Of a stretch of DNA of 64,000 nucleotides, positions 64,000 through 64,000 are shown piece by piece (position 1 is the stretch's first letter; each line of letters opens with the position of its first letter). Origin of the DNA: Elusimicrobiota bacterium (GTDB taxonomy: Bacteria > Elusimicrobiota > Elusimicrobia > UBA1565 > JACRDR01). Made by a program: the position numbers and the translations under genes. The notes under the pieces were generated by a model. It did not search any database. It was not told where the DNA came from and saw only the letters and a list, made by a program, of their open reading frames with translations. Location: assembly GCA_041694815.1 (NCBI GenBank), contig JBGFSC010000049.1:32001-96000 (forward strand). Reading direction: 5' to 3'.

Positions 64000-64000
64000 C

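Larger units (their letters stand above)
62489..64000. mobile_element. left end of a tRNA-integrated genomic island (extends beyond the window)
   Basis: tRNA 3' fragment followed by an AbiE-type pair. No integrase is visible in the window. Confidence 0.65.

Overview
A GC-rich bacterial chromosome segment. The mix of PorV/UPF0164-like barrels, T9SS-type C-terminal domains, Cys-rich pilins and many orphan secreted proteins suggests Elusimicrobiota, but that is an inference and was not tested. Housekeeping and metabolic genes include UspA, an OPT transporter, SWIB, LemA, a ROK kinase, SDRs, an FAD/Fe-S oxidoreductase, YfhO, YgfZ, Gpx, GS-III, TreS-maltokinase, MalQ and RND+TolC. Most notable signals: (1) three translationally coupled cassettes that each pair a PorV-like beta-barrel with a protein ending in a T9SS-like sorting domain, two of them with a position-matched conserved upstream region; (2) a dispersed set of secreted proteins, namely four WD40 propellers sharing a C-terminal AE[ED]RF[KR][LF] tag and a family of signal-peptide + F[DG][GE]-motif + glycine-rich membrane-helix proteins, many preceded by GGNCC-type direct repeats; (3) an iolG-B-D-E operon that lacks iolC/iolJ/iolA but carries a transaldolase, an AhpD-like protein and a mycofactocin-type SDR, a possible kinase-free inositol pathway; (4) a modular intergenic repeat family whose long form contains an identical, loopless 48-bp palindrome in two copies 55 kb apart; (5) a 3' tRNA-Met(CAT) fragment marking the end of an integrated element that carries an AbiE-type toxin-antitoxin pair; (6) widespread apparently leaderless genes and a 15%-tryptophan tandem RAM-domain protein. 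No CRISPR array, rRNA, intact tRNA or transposase was seen. Family assignments come from motif recognition by eye, not from database searches.
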